Below the pieces are notes generated by a model. That model was not told the DNA's origin and made no database searches. It saw only the letters and a program-made list of their open reading frames with translations. Positions 11,373-24,689 of a DNA stretch of 64,000 bases are shown one piece after another. The first letter of the stretch is position 1, and each line of letters opens with the position of its first letter. This stretch comes from Pseudovirgaria hyperparasitica (Eukaryota): assembly GCA_010093815.1 (NCBI GenBank), contig ML996565.1; one strand, given 5' to 3'. A program made the translations under genes and the position numbers.

Positions 11373-12557
11373 ATGATATCGCAGTTCGCCCTGAGCAGAC
11401 GATCCGGCGTGCGGATATTCATTCTCAGCTTCATACTTTTCATCATTGTCAAATCAATCAAGGAAGCCGTTGGGGGCTACGGCTGGATAGTACAGGCCGA
11501 CACGTACGATACGGGCCGATACGTGACAGCGTCTGCCAAACAAGCGCTCGGCGGAGGAGCGCCAGATGTCGTCGGGGTGTCAGTGTGGGATGGAGTCGTG
11601 GGAGACAAGGTAATCGTCATGTCGAGGACGGAGGAGGAAGATGCGAGTTGGGTGGAGGAGGAACTACCAGAGTTAGTGCACAGTATCCCGGCCTACTCAA
11701 CGTCGAAACGACGTGCTGATCTGATGGTAGTTGGCAGAGGATGATATACACGACGCTGAAGGCGAAGACTGCTGGGTCGCAGAAGAAGAACTCGACGACG
11801 CTGCAGAATGTTCTGCCTCGACATAAAGGTCACGAGGCGTTTGCGTATCTGACATACCTGATCTCGAACTACGACACGCTTCCGGAAATCATTGTGTTTC
11901 TGTAAGACATCACATTCCCACGCCATGCCGGTATAGATAGGCAGGACTAACCGCCACAGTCATCCGCACAAAGACGGCTCGTCAGCATGGCACGTCGACC
12001 AACCACTGCACTCCAACCCGGCCGCCGTCCGCGCGCTGAACCTCACACTCGTCCGCGAACGCGGCTACGTCAATCTGCGCTGCAACACACGCCCAAATTG
12101 CGTCGCCGGAGGCGAAGAAATGCGACATCCCCGGCTGCTTACGCGCGAGATATGGCGCAGCTTCTGGGCCGGGACCAGCACGCCCTACGACGTGATGGAG
12201 CAGGAACTGAAGCAACGACCAACCATCGACTATGCAGCAAGCGGCAACTACACACAGTCGTTTCTCAGCTGGCTTGCAACTGTGGTTTCCCCAGGTCCAA
12301 AGTTTCAGGCAACATACCCGACGCCGCCGATTGCGGATACCGCGGGTGCGCAATTTGCCGTCAGCAGGAATGCTGTCCGGATGCGACCGAAGAACGACTA
12401 CGTCGCCCTCAAGACTTGGCTCGTGCATGTTAAGAAAAATGATAATGTCAGCGGACGAACGTTCGAGTATCTCTGGCACGTTGTCTTTGGCCAGCCGGGA
12501 GTGCTGTGCTATGATAGAACGAAATGCGAATGTGAAGTCTTCGGACGCTGTCCTTGA
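11373..12557 (+). CDS. DUF3431-family membrane-anchored protein (3 exons)
   Basis: N-terminal TM IFILSFILFIIV. Introns about 11672-11730 (GTTAGT..TAG) and 11901-11959 (GTAAGA..CTAAC..CAG). The spliced product has KGHEAFAYLTYLISNYDTLPEIIVFLHPH, GYVNLRC, AQFAVSR and GRTFEYLWHVVFG. Confidence 0.88.
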
Positions 12558-15164
12558 AGCTTATTGTGCACGCAACGGTGACCAATTTTCGAAGCAGCAT
12601 AGCTTGCACAGTACTCCCGCTGCCTACGGAGCAATTCCTTTGCCATCTCTGGCTCCGGCATTGTTACAAGGACCATGTTCGAGGCCGAAAGCACGATTTA
12701 GTGATGAGGACCAACCGTCATAAGCGAGTCTACAATTCCGCAAACCGGACCATGGATCAGCCAATCTCTTGTCTACGACACGGGCTTATGGTTCCCACTG
12801 AGCATGTGCTTCAACCACACCTTTACCTCCAGAGTCACTTCTATCTCAGAACATCGCTTCATGAACCACGGACAGAAGTATTTGAATTCTTGTTTGTGTG
12901 CTACAAATGATGATACGTTCAACGAGGCCCAGTCTCTCACGGCACGAACGAATAGGACAACCCAAATCGTTTCCGTACAAATCGTGCAGATATCTTCCTC
13001 TATTGTGAATCTGCAGTCGACAAACTGTTCCAGCATCACGATTAGGCCCCGTCAATGATGACCAGTCGTCAGCTTTTGGCGTCGATCAAATCAGGCAGCG
13101 TATGAGGAGAGATGTAGATGTCTCGTGAACTTTGACGAGCCGATAACGGACGACACGGAGTCGCTCGTGCGGTTCTCATTGGGTACCTGAAGATTGCGGC
13201 CTAATCTCCCTGGTGAAATAGAATGCTAACCCCATGCCCTTTGAAGGCATACAGTGGATCACAAAACTTATGTTGATGCATGAGGAGTATAGCGTATCAT
13301 TGCAGCCAGCAACACGCACAGCAGGTGGAACAGACGGAACAGTTTCAGTGTACGTAGACATGCTGAGTCATGATAAGGATGAAATGAAATATGCATCCTC
13401 CGGGTCCCTGCCACCATCATAACAAGTCCTCATTATGCATGAACGCTTTTGCGTTCCGTGTGTGCAGCGGAGTTTTGGCTTTTGGGCCATCATGTCGTGT
13501 CCTACGACGATATCTAGAATCGCTTTCCGCTTGGCCCAATTCCTCTGGCCATGGTAAGAACGTAATTCTGCATTAGAGTCTGTAAAGTCGCTACGCACAC
13601 CTCAGCAGTTCACGCACCAAACCTCGCTCAGTGGACACAACGTAACAGACGGGACAGCAGTACACCAATGTGGAACTTGTAAGCGGACCGTACCGTCAGT
13701 AAGGCGGGTCTGAGCAGAGTTGCCAGTGGCATTAGCGGGTTAGAGGGCAGTGGAGTACCGCAAGTAGGTGCAGCGGCGACGGGAAGTGGGACGGAAAAAA
13801 GTGTCCACTAATCACCAATTCTTATCGAGGGGAGAGGGAGTATCATATCGAAAGATATTGAGGCTGCTCGCGAAAGACAGCGACTTCGAATAAGTGCGGC
13901 ACGTGGTCAAGGATTGAGAAAGTATTGCGAGGATTAGGCTTCGGAGGTGCAGGATCGGGAGTAGTGATGACAATGCACCTGGCAAGGAAGCAGAGAAAGG
14001 AAGCTGTCGACAGTCTGCTGGTCTTGGAGCGCGACAGCAATGTGATTGGCCTGAGAGTGGTGAGGGGAAGAATGTACAGAGGTTAGGAGATCTGACGTGC
14101 AGGGTCAAGGTCATATATCCATACACAATGATGGTGGTGCGCATACGAAGCTAACTTGGTTACTGAAAAGCGGCCTGCTTGCGTTCCTGTTGTCTCATTC
14201 TGCTGCGACGGCCAGGGCCTCTCTTTGGAGTGCGGGCTCCGATGTTTCCACGGTATTGCGGATGTGCGACACTGATGGTTTCTGGACGTTTGTGAGGATT
14301 CAAAGTGAGGCGAGCCATGGATGACAGCGTAGACGTGGCATGTCTGCGCTGGTCTCGAGAAGTTGTCAATAGAGGGGCAGCTTGTCGCAGAGTTGCTGAA
14401 GCCATGCAGGAGATGCCTCATTCATCGCGCGTGCAATCAATGCATCGCCTCAAAGACAGGTGGCGCTTTTTGATGTAGAATAATATCAATACGCGCATCG
14501 AAGCGTCCGTGAATTGACTCGATTGATGGCCATTTGTGCGCAGCACGGCATGTTCGAGACTCGAGTGATGGGAGCTACAGCCTGAGCTGTACTCAAAACG
14601 ACAGGAGTCTCCCACTAATAACTATCAAGCGATAAACAACTACACCAATGGACAGGCGTCATGGGTAGTGGCGTGCTGCAACTACGTGAAGCTGCAGCGG
14701 CTGCATGCGCTCGACCCAACGGCCAGCGAATGGTGGGCCAGAGCGTGTACTACAAGTAGTCGGTGAGTGAGAAAAGAGGATGCTGCTCACAGCCCTTTGG
14801 TCTTTGCGCACTTCTTTTTATATCGTTGACTGAGAAGGGGTCGATATGGTGGAGGGAGAGGTGATGGTGGGGATGGGAGCTGAGCGGCTTGATCGATCGA
14901 GTGAAAGGATCCAAGAGAGACAAAGCTGGTTCATCGAGGGTGGGAGAGGAGAAGGCGAGTTACCTGAGACAAAAGAAGCGTGCGATGTCCGTGGAACAAG
15001 GTAATTGTCAATTGTCTCAATATAGTTGTAGTGTAGTGCGTTGTGTAATGATTCATGTGTGGCTTTGTGTGCGTAGTGAGGTGTGAATGAGTTTCATTGA
15101 AGTTTGTTGACTGATGGCGCCTTGTCAGCCGTAATATCAGGTATTAATTACACAGCCATTACCT

Positions 15165-15300
15165 CTCACTGCCACTGCCGCTGCCACTGCCACTGCCACC
15201 ACTACCCGCTGTCGACGTACCCAAGACACCTCCAAAGACCCTCCCAAGACACCCAAAAGACACCCCAAAGACACTCCAAAGACACTCCAAAGACAACACA
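15165..15300. repeat. (CCACTG)n tract followed by imperfect CCAAAGACAC repeats
   Basis: Directly visible upstream of the 15984 kinase. Confidence 0.7.
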
Positions 15301-15983
15301 AGGAGTCAAGGACTCAGCTGCACGTCCCCGGCCACATATGCCTGCCTGACGCCTGACGCTCAGGCTACTAAAGCAGCGCCGGCACCGTTGTGAAGCCTCC
15401 CGCTGTACCGCCGCTTTCTCTACCAGGTTTTCCCCTACACTACATTTACAGTAATACCTTCTCGTCCTCCCCCTTCCAACCATCCCCAGCCTGACACTGT
15501 CTTCCTGCATCTCTGTATATCACCACATCTTCTTCTTCCTCTTCTTCCATACGTACCACGATTGCTGTCCTCCACCTACAGCTACTCCGCATTGTCACTT
15601 ACCGCCCCGCTTCAGTTCTCCGGCTCCTCTCCGTCTATCCGTCCGTCGTGCAGCTCCACCACAGCCTCCTCTCCCTGCGTACCACTTCCACACGCCTCCA
15701 GGCGCGCGCCCACATTTCGTCACCGCTTCGTCCATTCAATCCATTCATATCCTCGAATATGCAGACTTCCTGATGGCTCTGCACGTTTCACCACATCAAT
15801 ATCCATTCTACAGCATGACATACGCTCCTATATGACAATTAGGCCCGTAGCTCTCTTGTTTTGCTACCTGACGCTGCATTGTACCTTGTACACGTCGCGC
15901 TGCCCAATCCCAATACCGGTACCTGTACCTCCCCTCCTCTAGGGCCTATCGTGCCCTCTTCCCTCAAACACCCTACCTGACCT

Positions 15984-18900
15984 ATGGATCGGGCCAATCC
16001 AGTTTCCATGCCGCAGTGCTCCCAATTCGCAGATGACCTTCCCCATGACCACTCCACCACGGACCCAGCAGATCTCCCGCACCACTCCCTCAAGACAAAC
16101 AGCTCTAGCATGTGGGATAGATTGGTTCCGAAGCTGGGGAACTGGTTGAAAAAGGAGGATGGTGGAGAGCTACTCTCAGTCCCACTCGAGAACCGCGACC
16201 CATACCTCGACAAGCCTACATCCTTGGGCAGAAGATCATCTGGCCGGAAAGCTGTACCGGGTCTACCTAGGAACATCACTTTCAAGAGACAAAACTCAGA
16301 GAAGAGAGATCGTTTGATACCTGTTGATCCCCAGAAAGATTCAAGGAGAGCACTTTCTGTCGGAAGGTTCCGTTCAGGATCCAAGAGAACGCTTTCACCT
16401 CACCCTGTTTCCTCTCCTTCCCTTTCTGCACCTGATGTGCGGACTATTGATGGTCATAGTACTCAAGGCACGATTGCGCCTAACGAGGTAGTCACAGATG
16501 CAAAGACTCAAGAGAATGCAGATATGCCCCTGGATGATATCCTGGAAACTTCTAATCGTGCCCAACCGCCCCAGATCTCCACAAGCAACGATGTGCTGTC
16601 AGATCATGACTCATTATCTGAACCTATCGATGAACGTCTTCTGCAGCAGGAGCTAGAAGCAAAATGGATACTAAACCTAAGCATGCACTTTCGTGACGCA
16701 TCGGATCGCGAAAAATTCTTCATTACCTATGCTGAAGCGCCCAACAAGTGGCGCCGCGTTACAGTATCGTGCGATTATCGAAACGTGACACCTGATTCGC
16801 TTGAGTACGATCTTAAGAGTCTGCACTATCCGCGCGACAAGAACTGTAGGATATATGAGTCGATTCGCGACTCTCTACCCGATATACAGTTCTATGAGAC
16901 CGTTACCAACCTGAAGCTCCAGACAGATGATGGCCGATTGCACGTCCACGTCACCGAAGACGTCAACGAGATCATTGCCTATCCTCCAGTCACTGCCGTC
17001 TCACACCTGAACTGCAAGATGTATCATGAGAGCTCGGTCAATTTTGAATCTCACATCTCTGGCTTTGTCTACAAAGTTGCAATTGGAAAAAGGACGTACA
17101 TCAAAAAAGAAATTCCCGGCCCGGACACGGTGGAGGAGTTTCTCTATGAGGTCAACGCATTATACAGGTTGCGCAGTTCTCATGGCGTCATCAAATTTGA
17201 AGGCCTCATTGTCGATGAGACAGGTGACCGGGTCAAGGGTTTGTTGATCAGTTATGCTGAGCAAGGAGCTTTGGTCGACCTCATCTTTGATTTGAAGAAA
17301 TCGCCCCATCTTCGTTGGGGTAGACGGGAACGATGGGCCAAACAGATTGTAAAGGGTCTTTCGGAAATTCATGAAGCCGGATTTGTTCAAGGCGACTTTA
17401 CTCTGTCCAACATCGTCGTCGACAGTCTGGACGACGCAAAGGTCATCGATATAAATCGCAGAGGCTGTCCTGTTGGCTGGGAGCCTCCAGAACTGACCGA
17501 TCTCATCGAAAGGAACCAACGAATCTCCATTTACATTGGTGTTAAGTCTGATATCTTTCAGCTTGGAATGGTCCTGTGGGCAATCATGGAAGAGCAGGAC
17601 GAACCTGAAAGGGAGGACCGCCCTTTACTTGTGGACGACGCGCTAGCTATACCGGAGTACTTCAAGGCAATCGTCAAAGCATGTCTGAGCGAAGATCCGG
17701 AAGGACGGCCATCTGCGAAAGACATCTACGGGAGATTCCCGCCCATCGACCAAAGCTGTGCTATGCCTTTGGGTGCTTCACATCAAAGCCTATCGACACA
17801 CCGATCGGACAAGGAATACATTGATCCCTCTACAGCAGTTGATCTGGAAGACATTGATCTCTACCGTCGTGGGCGTGCCCTCGTCATGGCTTGCGGCGAA
17901 GATGCAAAGTATCCCGACACCACCACAAATCGTACCTCAACATCGTATCACGTCGATAGCTCTGACTATTCGTTTATTCCAGCCCGTAGCGGATCGCCGA
18001 CTAGTGCGAGCGCACTCACGAGTCACAGCCGACGTCCATTTGACAATTCTCCAGATCCGGTGCGCGCGCTCTCAATGAACGACAGCAATATCGATGGTGT
18101 TGGTAAATTGAGTGAGAAAGAGCAGAGGTGGGAAAAGATTAACATCGACTCGGACATGCGAATGGAAATGGCGAAACGTTCAGAAAATCCCAGAGAGGAT
18201 CGTGTGCCGAGCAGTTTTGATCCCTATCGTCCGCATTCTCATGATGCCACCAACGAAGTGGTGCCTGTCTCGCAGTTCACGACTACTGTACCCATCAATG
18301 ATACCCCTGAGGCAACTCCGAGGAGAGGTGGGACATTTAGTGATGATACACCCAAGGCTCATCGAGAGTCTGCACCTGAGGTTAGGGTAGGATTTTCCGT
18401 GATACCCGAGCTCGCTCAGCTTGATTCTGCAGTAACTGATGACCGTCAATGGCTCCCATCACCCCCATCAATGCCCTTGTTTCGCCACGAGAAGGATCCT
18501 ACCATAGCTCCATTATTACCCCACGAGCAGGCAACTTCGTTCTATAATGATGCCATCCCACTCGATATATCCCCAACGAGTTCCAACCGCAAGGCGTCTC
18601 TCGAGCTACCGGCATTTTCTCGAGGGCACGTGATTGATGCGGACGGACCCCCTCCCGGATCACGAGGTTCCGGTTCCGGGTCATTCTCTGATCGCGTTCA
18701 CAATCGTAGATCGCATGACGCACACTTGGCAGACCTTGAAACAGAAGTTCTTTCGGTACCTACGCCAGCACCCATCCGGCGACGAGAATCGGGTCCGTTT
18801 GGACCACCCGTGCATCACGACTCTGGATTCCATGAGCCTGACGTGTTGTTAACCACAACAACTGGATTGGGGGAGTGGACGAGCAAAGCGGTCCCCGAAA

Positions 18901-19094
18901 AAGTCGATGAGCTAAAGCGATTAGAGGAACGCGAAGAGCGACGCAGAATGAGTGATGAGATGGACCAAAAGCGGATCAGAGATGAAGTCCAAGAAGTCCT
19001 GAGGAGTGTGAGCGGCAATCTTGGAAAGATGAAGATAGAGGCGAATGCGAATGGTGACAGTGGTGCACATCCGCAACGCAAAGCTGATGACTGA
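15984..19094 (+). CDS. Fungal protein kinase with atypical catalytic motifs (1036 aa)
   Basis: SGFVYKV, YIKKE, EFLYEVNAL, IHEAGFVQGDFTLSNIV, VIDINRRG, GWEPPE, KSDIFQLGMVLW, PEGRPSA. It is preceded by a conserved-looking WILNLSMHFRD..REKFFITY block and followed by a low-complexity tail. Confidence 0.9.
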   Translation: MDRANPVSMPQCSQFADDLPHDHSTTDPADLPHHSLKTNSSSMWDRLVPKLGNWLKKEDGGELLSVPLENRDPYLDKPTSLGRRSSGRKAVPGLPRNITFKRQNSEKRDRLIPVDPQKDSRRALSVGRFRSGSKRTLSPHPVSSPSLSAPDVRTIDGHSTQGTIAPNEVVTDAKTQENADMPLDDILETSNRAQPPQISTSNDVLSDHDSLSEPIDERLLQQELEAKWILNLSMHFRDASDREKFFITYAEAPNKWRRVTVSCDYRNVTPDSLEYDLKSLHYPRDKNCRIYESIRDSLPDIQFYETVTNLKLQTDDGRLHVHVTEDVNEIIAYPPVTAVSHLNCKMYHESSVNFESHISGFVYKVAIGKRTYIKKEIPGPDTVEEFLYEVNALYRLRSSHGVIKFEGLIVDETGDRVKGLLISYAEQGALVDLIFDLKKSPHLRWGRRERWAKQIVKGLSEIHEAGFVQGDFTLSNIVVDSLDDAKVIDINRRGCPVGWEPPELTDLIERNQRISIYIGVKSDIFQLGMVLWAIMEEQDEPEREDRPLLVDDALAIPEYFKAIVKACLSEDPEGRPSAKDIYGRFPPIDQSCAMPLGASHQSLSTHRSDKEYIDPSTAVDLEDIDLYRRGRALVMACGEDAKYPDTTTNRTSTSYHVDSSDYSFIPARSGSPTSASALTSHSRRPFDNSPDPVRALSMNDSNIDGVGKLSEKEQRWEKINIDSDMRMEMAKRSENPREDRVPSSFDPYRPHSHDATNEVVPVSQFTTTVPINDTPEATPRRGGTFSDDTPKAHRESAPEVRVGFSVIPELAQLDSAVTDDRQWLPSPPSMPLFRHEKDPTIAPLLPHEQATSFYNDAIPLDISPTSSNRKASLELPAFSRGHVIDADGPPPGSRGSGSGSFSDRVHNRRSHDAHLADLETEVLSVPTPAPIRRRESGPFGPPVHHDSGFHEPDVLLTTTTGLGEWTSKAVPEKVDELKRLEEREERRRMSDEMDQKRIRDEVQEVLRSVSGNLGKMKIEANANGDSGAHPQRKADD

Positions 19095-20105
19095 ACCTTC
19101 AGCACTCATTACCACTTTATACGCCACCCTAAGCGTGGTACTCCCGCACTAATACTATGGAGGCACAGGCATCGATGCCACTTTGTCTTACTTTATTATG
19201 ATATCCCCAACTTCGATTTTGTTGTTTTGCTAGAATTTTGGGTATGGCGTATGAACGTTTTGGGACGATTGTGTTTTTTGATTTGCGCCTTGCCTTTCGA
19301 ATGGGAGAGACAGTCGTGGCCAGTCAGTGACGACTGCATAACGGCTGGGTGGTTTTGGTCTTTGATCACATGCGTCACGTTGTTGGATACGAACTTACGA
19401 ATAGTTGATTGGGGCTAGCGGAGGGCTGTCTGGGCCAGGCACTTATTTTGTATCACGACATTGTATCCAGGTACATGCCATGCTCCTGTCCTGCAGGTCT
19501 GCTTACTCTGGTGACGTCGACAGACAATGAATGCTTCGGCCTCGTTTTAACGTGGAAGTAAGCCGACCGACCGGCTGGACGGATCAGAGACTTTGGTCCG
19601 AGAGCAGAGACATCTTGAACAGCGCGCGTGTATACAAGCCCCACTACTGCCAGTGCCCTGCTTGTGCTTTATTGTCCGGAAAATCCAGCACTATGGAATG
19701 ACTTTCGGGCTCTTGTAGCTTTAATGGGATGTTATTATTGAGTTTGACATGTGCGTATGTGAGCGTATGTGTGTGTATGTGTACGTATGTACTCTGTATG
19801 AAACAATGACCAAGAGTGAGGAAGGAGTCCATCCCGTCCCGTCCCAGGTCCTGTCCTGTCCTACCCGCCAGCCGCCGCCCATGTTTGTTCGTTTAGATCA
19901 GTCTCAAATCCCGTCGTATTAAGGGACACGTGCGTGCGTGTGCGTGTGTGAGAGTGAGAGCTCTGTCTGCTATACGAAATAAATGTTTGGCCACCGGCCT
20001 TTGTCTGTCCTTTCATTTCATTGTCCTGGGATGGATGGGGATTGAGTTGGAATCGAAAACCTGTTATTTGGGCTGGAACCACCAAGACGAATGCGAGGCG
20101 AAGCG

Positions 20106-20107
<2 letters not shown>

Positions 20108-20139
<32 letters not shown>
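20108..20139. repeat. (GT)16 microsatellite
   Basis: Perfect dinucleotide run. Confidence 0.95.
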
Positions 20140-20141
<2 letters not shown>

Positions 20142-23099
20142 TTGGTGATCAAAGGTGGCCGTTGTTTGCGCGTCACGAGTTCTCCTCCCCGTCCCTTCGG
20201 GACCCCTTTGGGATGGATGGCCCTAGTTCGTGTTTCTTGGATATGCGTGCGTGCCTGACTGGGGTTTGGGGAGAGACGCTTGATTGGTGGCTGGGGACTG
20301 GCGATTGGAGGCCTGGGACTTGCGAATTACGAATGGCGAATGGCGAATGGCGAATTGTGGAGACAGTGAAGATGGTGAAGATAGTGAGGATGGAGCGCAC
20401 GTGTGTGCGCGTGTGGAGTTTGGATTATGATGGCCTTGTCGTCCGTACTTTCAAGTATGATGGGATTGTCGTGCCGTGTGTGTGTATACCGTATGTGTAT
20501 ATAGGTATGTGTTTGTGTGTGTACTGAACGTATCAAGAAACATCCCGGATACGTGGCACGAGGGCAGCAATTCGCAAAGTCTACCGTCCACGTACCTCGC
20601 TCACTCACTCGCGCCAAATTCTAACAGACCCGGATAAAGGCCTGCAGCTTTCCCCTCACCTACCTGCGTCTTCTGGGTAGGTACCTAGTACCTAGGCTTA
20701 AATCTCTGCAATCCCCTTGTAAGTAGTGTATATGGTGTATAGTATATAGCATGTAGCATATAGTATATCGTATATTGTACATAGTCGTACATGGTATCGG
20801 TTCAACCCACGGTATTCCCTGGACCATCCTTTTCCGAGGAATAGACGTCGTCATTCTCTCGTTTGGATAACCGAGGAAAATCCAAAGCATGTTTACCGAT
20901 GTACGTGTACATGTCATCCAGACAACTAGCCAGTCAGTCAGCCAGCCAGCCAGCCATACACACATACACACAGACACGCAGGCAAGTCATCTCTCGAATA
21001 TTACCGCATTCCACACGCACGCCGCAATCAATCATACATTATGAGAAAAATCCCAACAAAAGCCCCCACGCACGTATGCAGATCGTTTTTGGATCGACGC
21101 TCTGGAAGAGAAGGTAAATTAGGTGCCCGTTACGGGCGCGTGTGCCTGTGTGCGAGGGTGTGCGTGTGCGTGTGCGAGAGCCAGGAGGAACCCAGCAGGG
21201 CACGGAAAATTCGTCCCGAAATCCGCGTGTCGTTGCACGCGTTCGCCCGTCCGTTTGTGTGTGTATGCACCACGTTGTAAGAATGTGTCAGATAAGGCTG
21301 GGGCGGGTCCATGCCAGGGTGTTTAGGGTTAATATGTTATGTGAACGGGCCCGGGAGGTAAAGTACAAAGTCTTGGTGTCTGCGGGAATAATTTGCAAAA
21401 GACGAAGAAATTTTTCTATATGTGTGTATATGTGTTTCTCGTCGGGTTACCTGATGAACTAATTGCCTCGTACCCCACACTTTGTCTTCAGTCCAGTCGA
21501 ACGTACGAACTCAGATTGGCGAGCAAAGACGTGTGAGTGAGTTAGTGCGTTAGTGAATTAGTGTGAATGAGTCAGTCCATACAGAGATACATACACACAC
21601 CTCACGCCAACTTCAAGGAAGGAAGCGTGAGCGACAAGGCTGAGCTAAGTGGACCCACCGGACGGGACTTTCCAGAACGGCTGTCAGGAGAGGACTGGTT
21701 CTTGATTGGACGGTCGGGCGATACCCCCAGCCCGCTCAGAACCCGAAGGAATACGAGGTGCGTTGTTCGGAGATCAGGATGCCCAGGAATCCTGATGACG
21801 CACGCGGGGGGCTGGTTGGTGCACGCTCGGCTGTTGGCTGGCTATCGGCTTGGCGAAAGCATGTAGGACTGGGGGGCTTTGCATGAACGGACGATTGGTT
21901 GTGATCACAGGGCTGGTGAGTGAGATGTCCGGATATAGAGTTGTGAGTTCCTTGTTGTTTTGCTTGATGCTAATGCGGTGAGGCTATAGGTGGCTTTGCT
22001 AAGGATACCTGGGATCGAGGGTTGGTAGTGAGGTTTCTAGCGTGGACTAACGCGATATATTGTGTCGTCGAGCATGCGATACCTCTAGGTTTATATTTAC
22101 AGCCTATCGCTATAGCTGGGCATGACGCGCGTAAGGCATTCGATACCTTGCTGATCGCTTGAATGTAGTGAACGCGCGAGTAACAAACCTTGGCTACTGA
22201 CCCCAATAGTAGTGCTGGGTTCAAAACACTTGGACTATAAGCCATTGGAGCGTGACATAGATCTTCCTTAGAATTACCTAGAAAGCAATTCTGATATACC
22301 CCTCTGTTGCTTAGCCGACTTTCGAGCATTTTCAGTGGTCTACCAAGTAATCAACTATACTAGCTCGAACCTTTCAGGCTCAATCTCGTATAAACCTAAT
22401 GATACCGTCATATATCACAGAAGGACCGAGGTTACTTTTGCCCGTATGGAGGTGAGTCTGTTGAGATCCTGGTCGACAAACAGCAGTAGGCGCAGCCTAC
22501 TAATCACGAAACTTCCTATACAAACACCAGCATCAAAGCGCGACCGTGGACCAGGCCAGAAGAAGGTGGTCAAGGCATTAGTGGGGAGAGCTCGGGTACA
22601 GACGCACTATGAGAGTGAGTTCGTTTGGTCTGGTTGCCATGAGACGCGGAGTTGCCACCGGGATAGTGCGCCACAGACGACCGGTAACGGACGTTTCGTA
22701 TCTGTCGCTCACATACAGTGATCGTGCTAGTACAATCTCGCATACGCAGTGCAACAACGTATTCCCATAGTGTGCTTGCGAGTCAGCCGTAATCGCGGGG
22801 TGAACAGTATACGTCGTGTTCGTGTATACGTCTTTCTGTAAGACCCTGTTGATCAAGATTCCCGACGTTTTCGGATATCCTCGTTATACGGTAGCGAAGC
22901 GCAGTTGTAGACCTGGTGGCCTTGTTTCTGATAGAGTCGCGATATATAAGCGTGATAAAGAAGCCATGTTCATGTCGACATTCACAATCCACCTTTATCC
23001 TCATTCACACAACCAATCTTCTACCCCAAATCACAGAATCGACCTTTTGTCCTCAATCACACAACCATACCCGCATCTATTTCCACTTGTACCTCAAAC

Positions 23100-24094
23100 A
23101 TGGCTCCACACAGTACCTCACCCACGACTGAGACTTGGTCACCCCCAATCAAGACCCCTGTCACTTCTCCTCAAGATGTTTACACTACCTTAAACTATAC
23201 CGAACTCCCTGCCGGCGCCAACGGCCTCGACGTCATCGGTGATCAGTCTGGGGTACCAGAAGATCAACGACGCATGAAGCAGCGCGACGATATCACTGTA
23301 GCTAAAGACGTCGTTATCAAAGACGTGCGCGGAAGAGAGGACGAATTTAAATTGGATGTCCAAGGATTCCAATATGTGAATCATTCAATCGAGGGGGTGA
23401 CTGACTGGACCGACCCGAAGCAAATCACGGAAAAAGTTCAGCCAGCCACAGTGGAGTTGGTGAAGAAATTGTGAGTAGTCCTCTGGCCAATGCGCCTGAT
23501 CCGGCAAAGGGACATTCGCCTCAATCTACTATGTGAACGAGGAGTGCTAATGGTGACTGCAGGACTGGTGCCTCGAAAGTTGTTGTTTATCTCGATCGCA
23601 ACCGGTTCAACCCAAACGAGAAGGGGAGTCAAATGTCCACGGCACACTCTCCCTCTCATGGCGTCCACACAGACCTTACACATGCATCCTGCCATTTCAC
23701 CTTGGCCAAGTCGGTCCCAGATCCAGCAGAACGGGATGAGCTCCTCAGCGGCAGATATATCGTCGTCAACGTATGGCGACCGGTAGTGACAATCAAGAAA
23801 GACCCTCTCACAGTTTGCGACTGGCGCTCCGTCGACCCGGTCAAAGACATCTACAATGATCGTAGAGTTGTGGGCGATAACGTGATGGAGTTTGGACTTC
23901 CGATATACAGTGACAAGCATGAATGGTATTATCTGAATGAGCAGAGGCCGGATGAGCCTTTAGTGTTCAAGCAGCTGGACAGCAACTTGGAGACAAACAT
24001 TACATTGCCGCACTCGGCGTTTGTGGACCCGAAGTATGTTGACTACCCTCCGAGGCGCAGTATCGAGATGAAGTGTTTTGCCTTCTTCGATTGA
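23100..24094 (+). CDS. AsaB/CmcJ/NvfI-like oxygenase (hydroxylase/desaturase), 2 exons
   Basis: Intron 23471-23562 (GTGAGT..GCTAAT..CAG) joins the two ORFs in frame. Motifs DVRGREDEFKLDVQGFQYV, VHTD, NVWRP, DPLTVCD, HEWYY, PHSAF, RRSIEMK. Confidence 0.85.
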
Positions 24095-24689
24095 GTTCTT
24101 CGCGTGCAGGAATGAATAGGGGGTGTCAGGAAGGGGTGTCGATTACGGATATGATCTTCATGTTATCTTTACGCATGTATTCTCTTGAATGATTTTGCTT
24201 AGCATTCCTTGTACTATATCGTTAGATTCATTCAATGAGTATGTCCAGATGAGAACCTGCATTGATTAGACTGTAGACACTGCATTGGCTGTGACGCCGA
24301 TACCATCTAGTGCAACACTGCAACGCGTGTCATCGAAAGCGAATCGATCGTGCAATGATCATGGCGAAAATAGGCATATAATTAATGAAAGAGTAGCGAG
24401 GTGCAACGATGCATAGTCGAATTATATCAAAGTGACCATTTACCGGCAAGCGATGGACGCTACTGTGGTCAGTGAATAAAGCATGGGATGGCTAGGGAGC
24501 TAACCTAGCGACTCCACCCGTTAATCCTAGTTAGGGCAGGTGCGCGCTACGCACATTCATCGTCATATACACCGTCATGACCTATTCGAGTGTCAAAATC
24601 TTTGATTTAGGCCTCAGCGCGCGACGCGTCTTCGTGTCATCGAATTGTTTCCCTCAACGTTCTAATCGCGGTCATTCTGAAAATGGACC

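Noticed and set aside
12773..13039. RING-finger-like ORF (EEDICTICTETI)
   Set aside because: Only the first CxxC is present. The remaining ligands cannot be assembled with credible splice sites.
19700..21950. Many Cys/Val- or His/Thr-rich ORFs
   Set aside because: They are products of (GT)/(CA) low-complexity intergenic sequence with no coding signal.
21970..22530. Mildly TpA-rich stretch, possible transposon relic
   Set aside because: No transposase, RT or terminal repeats were recognised, and the compositional signal is weak.
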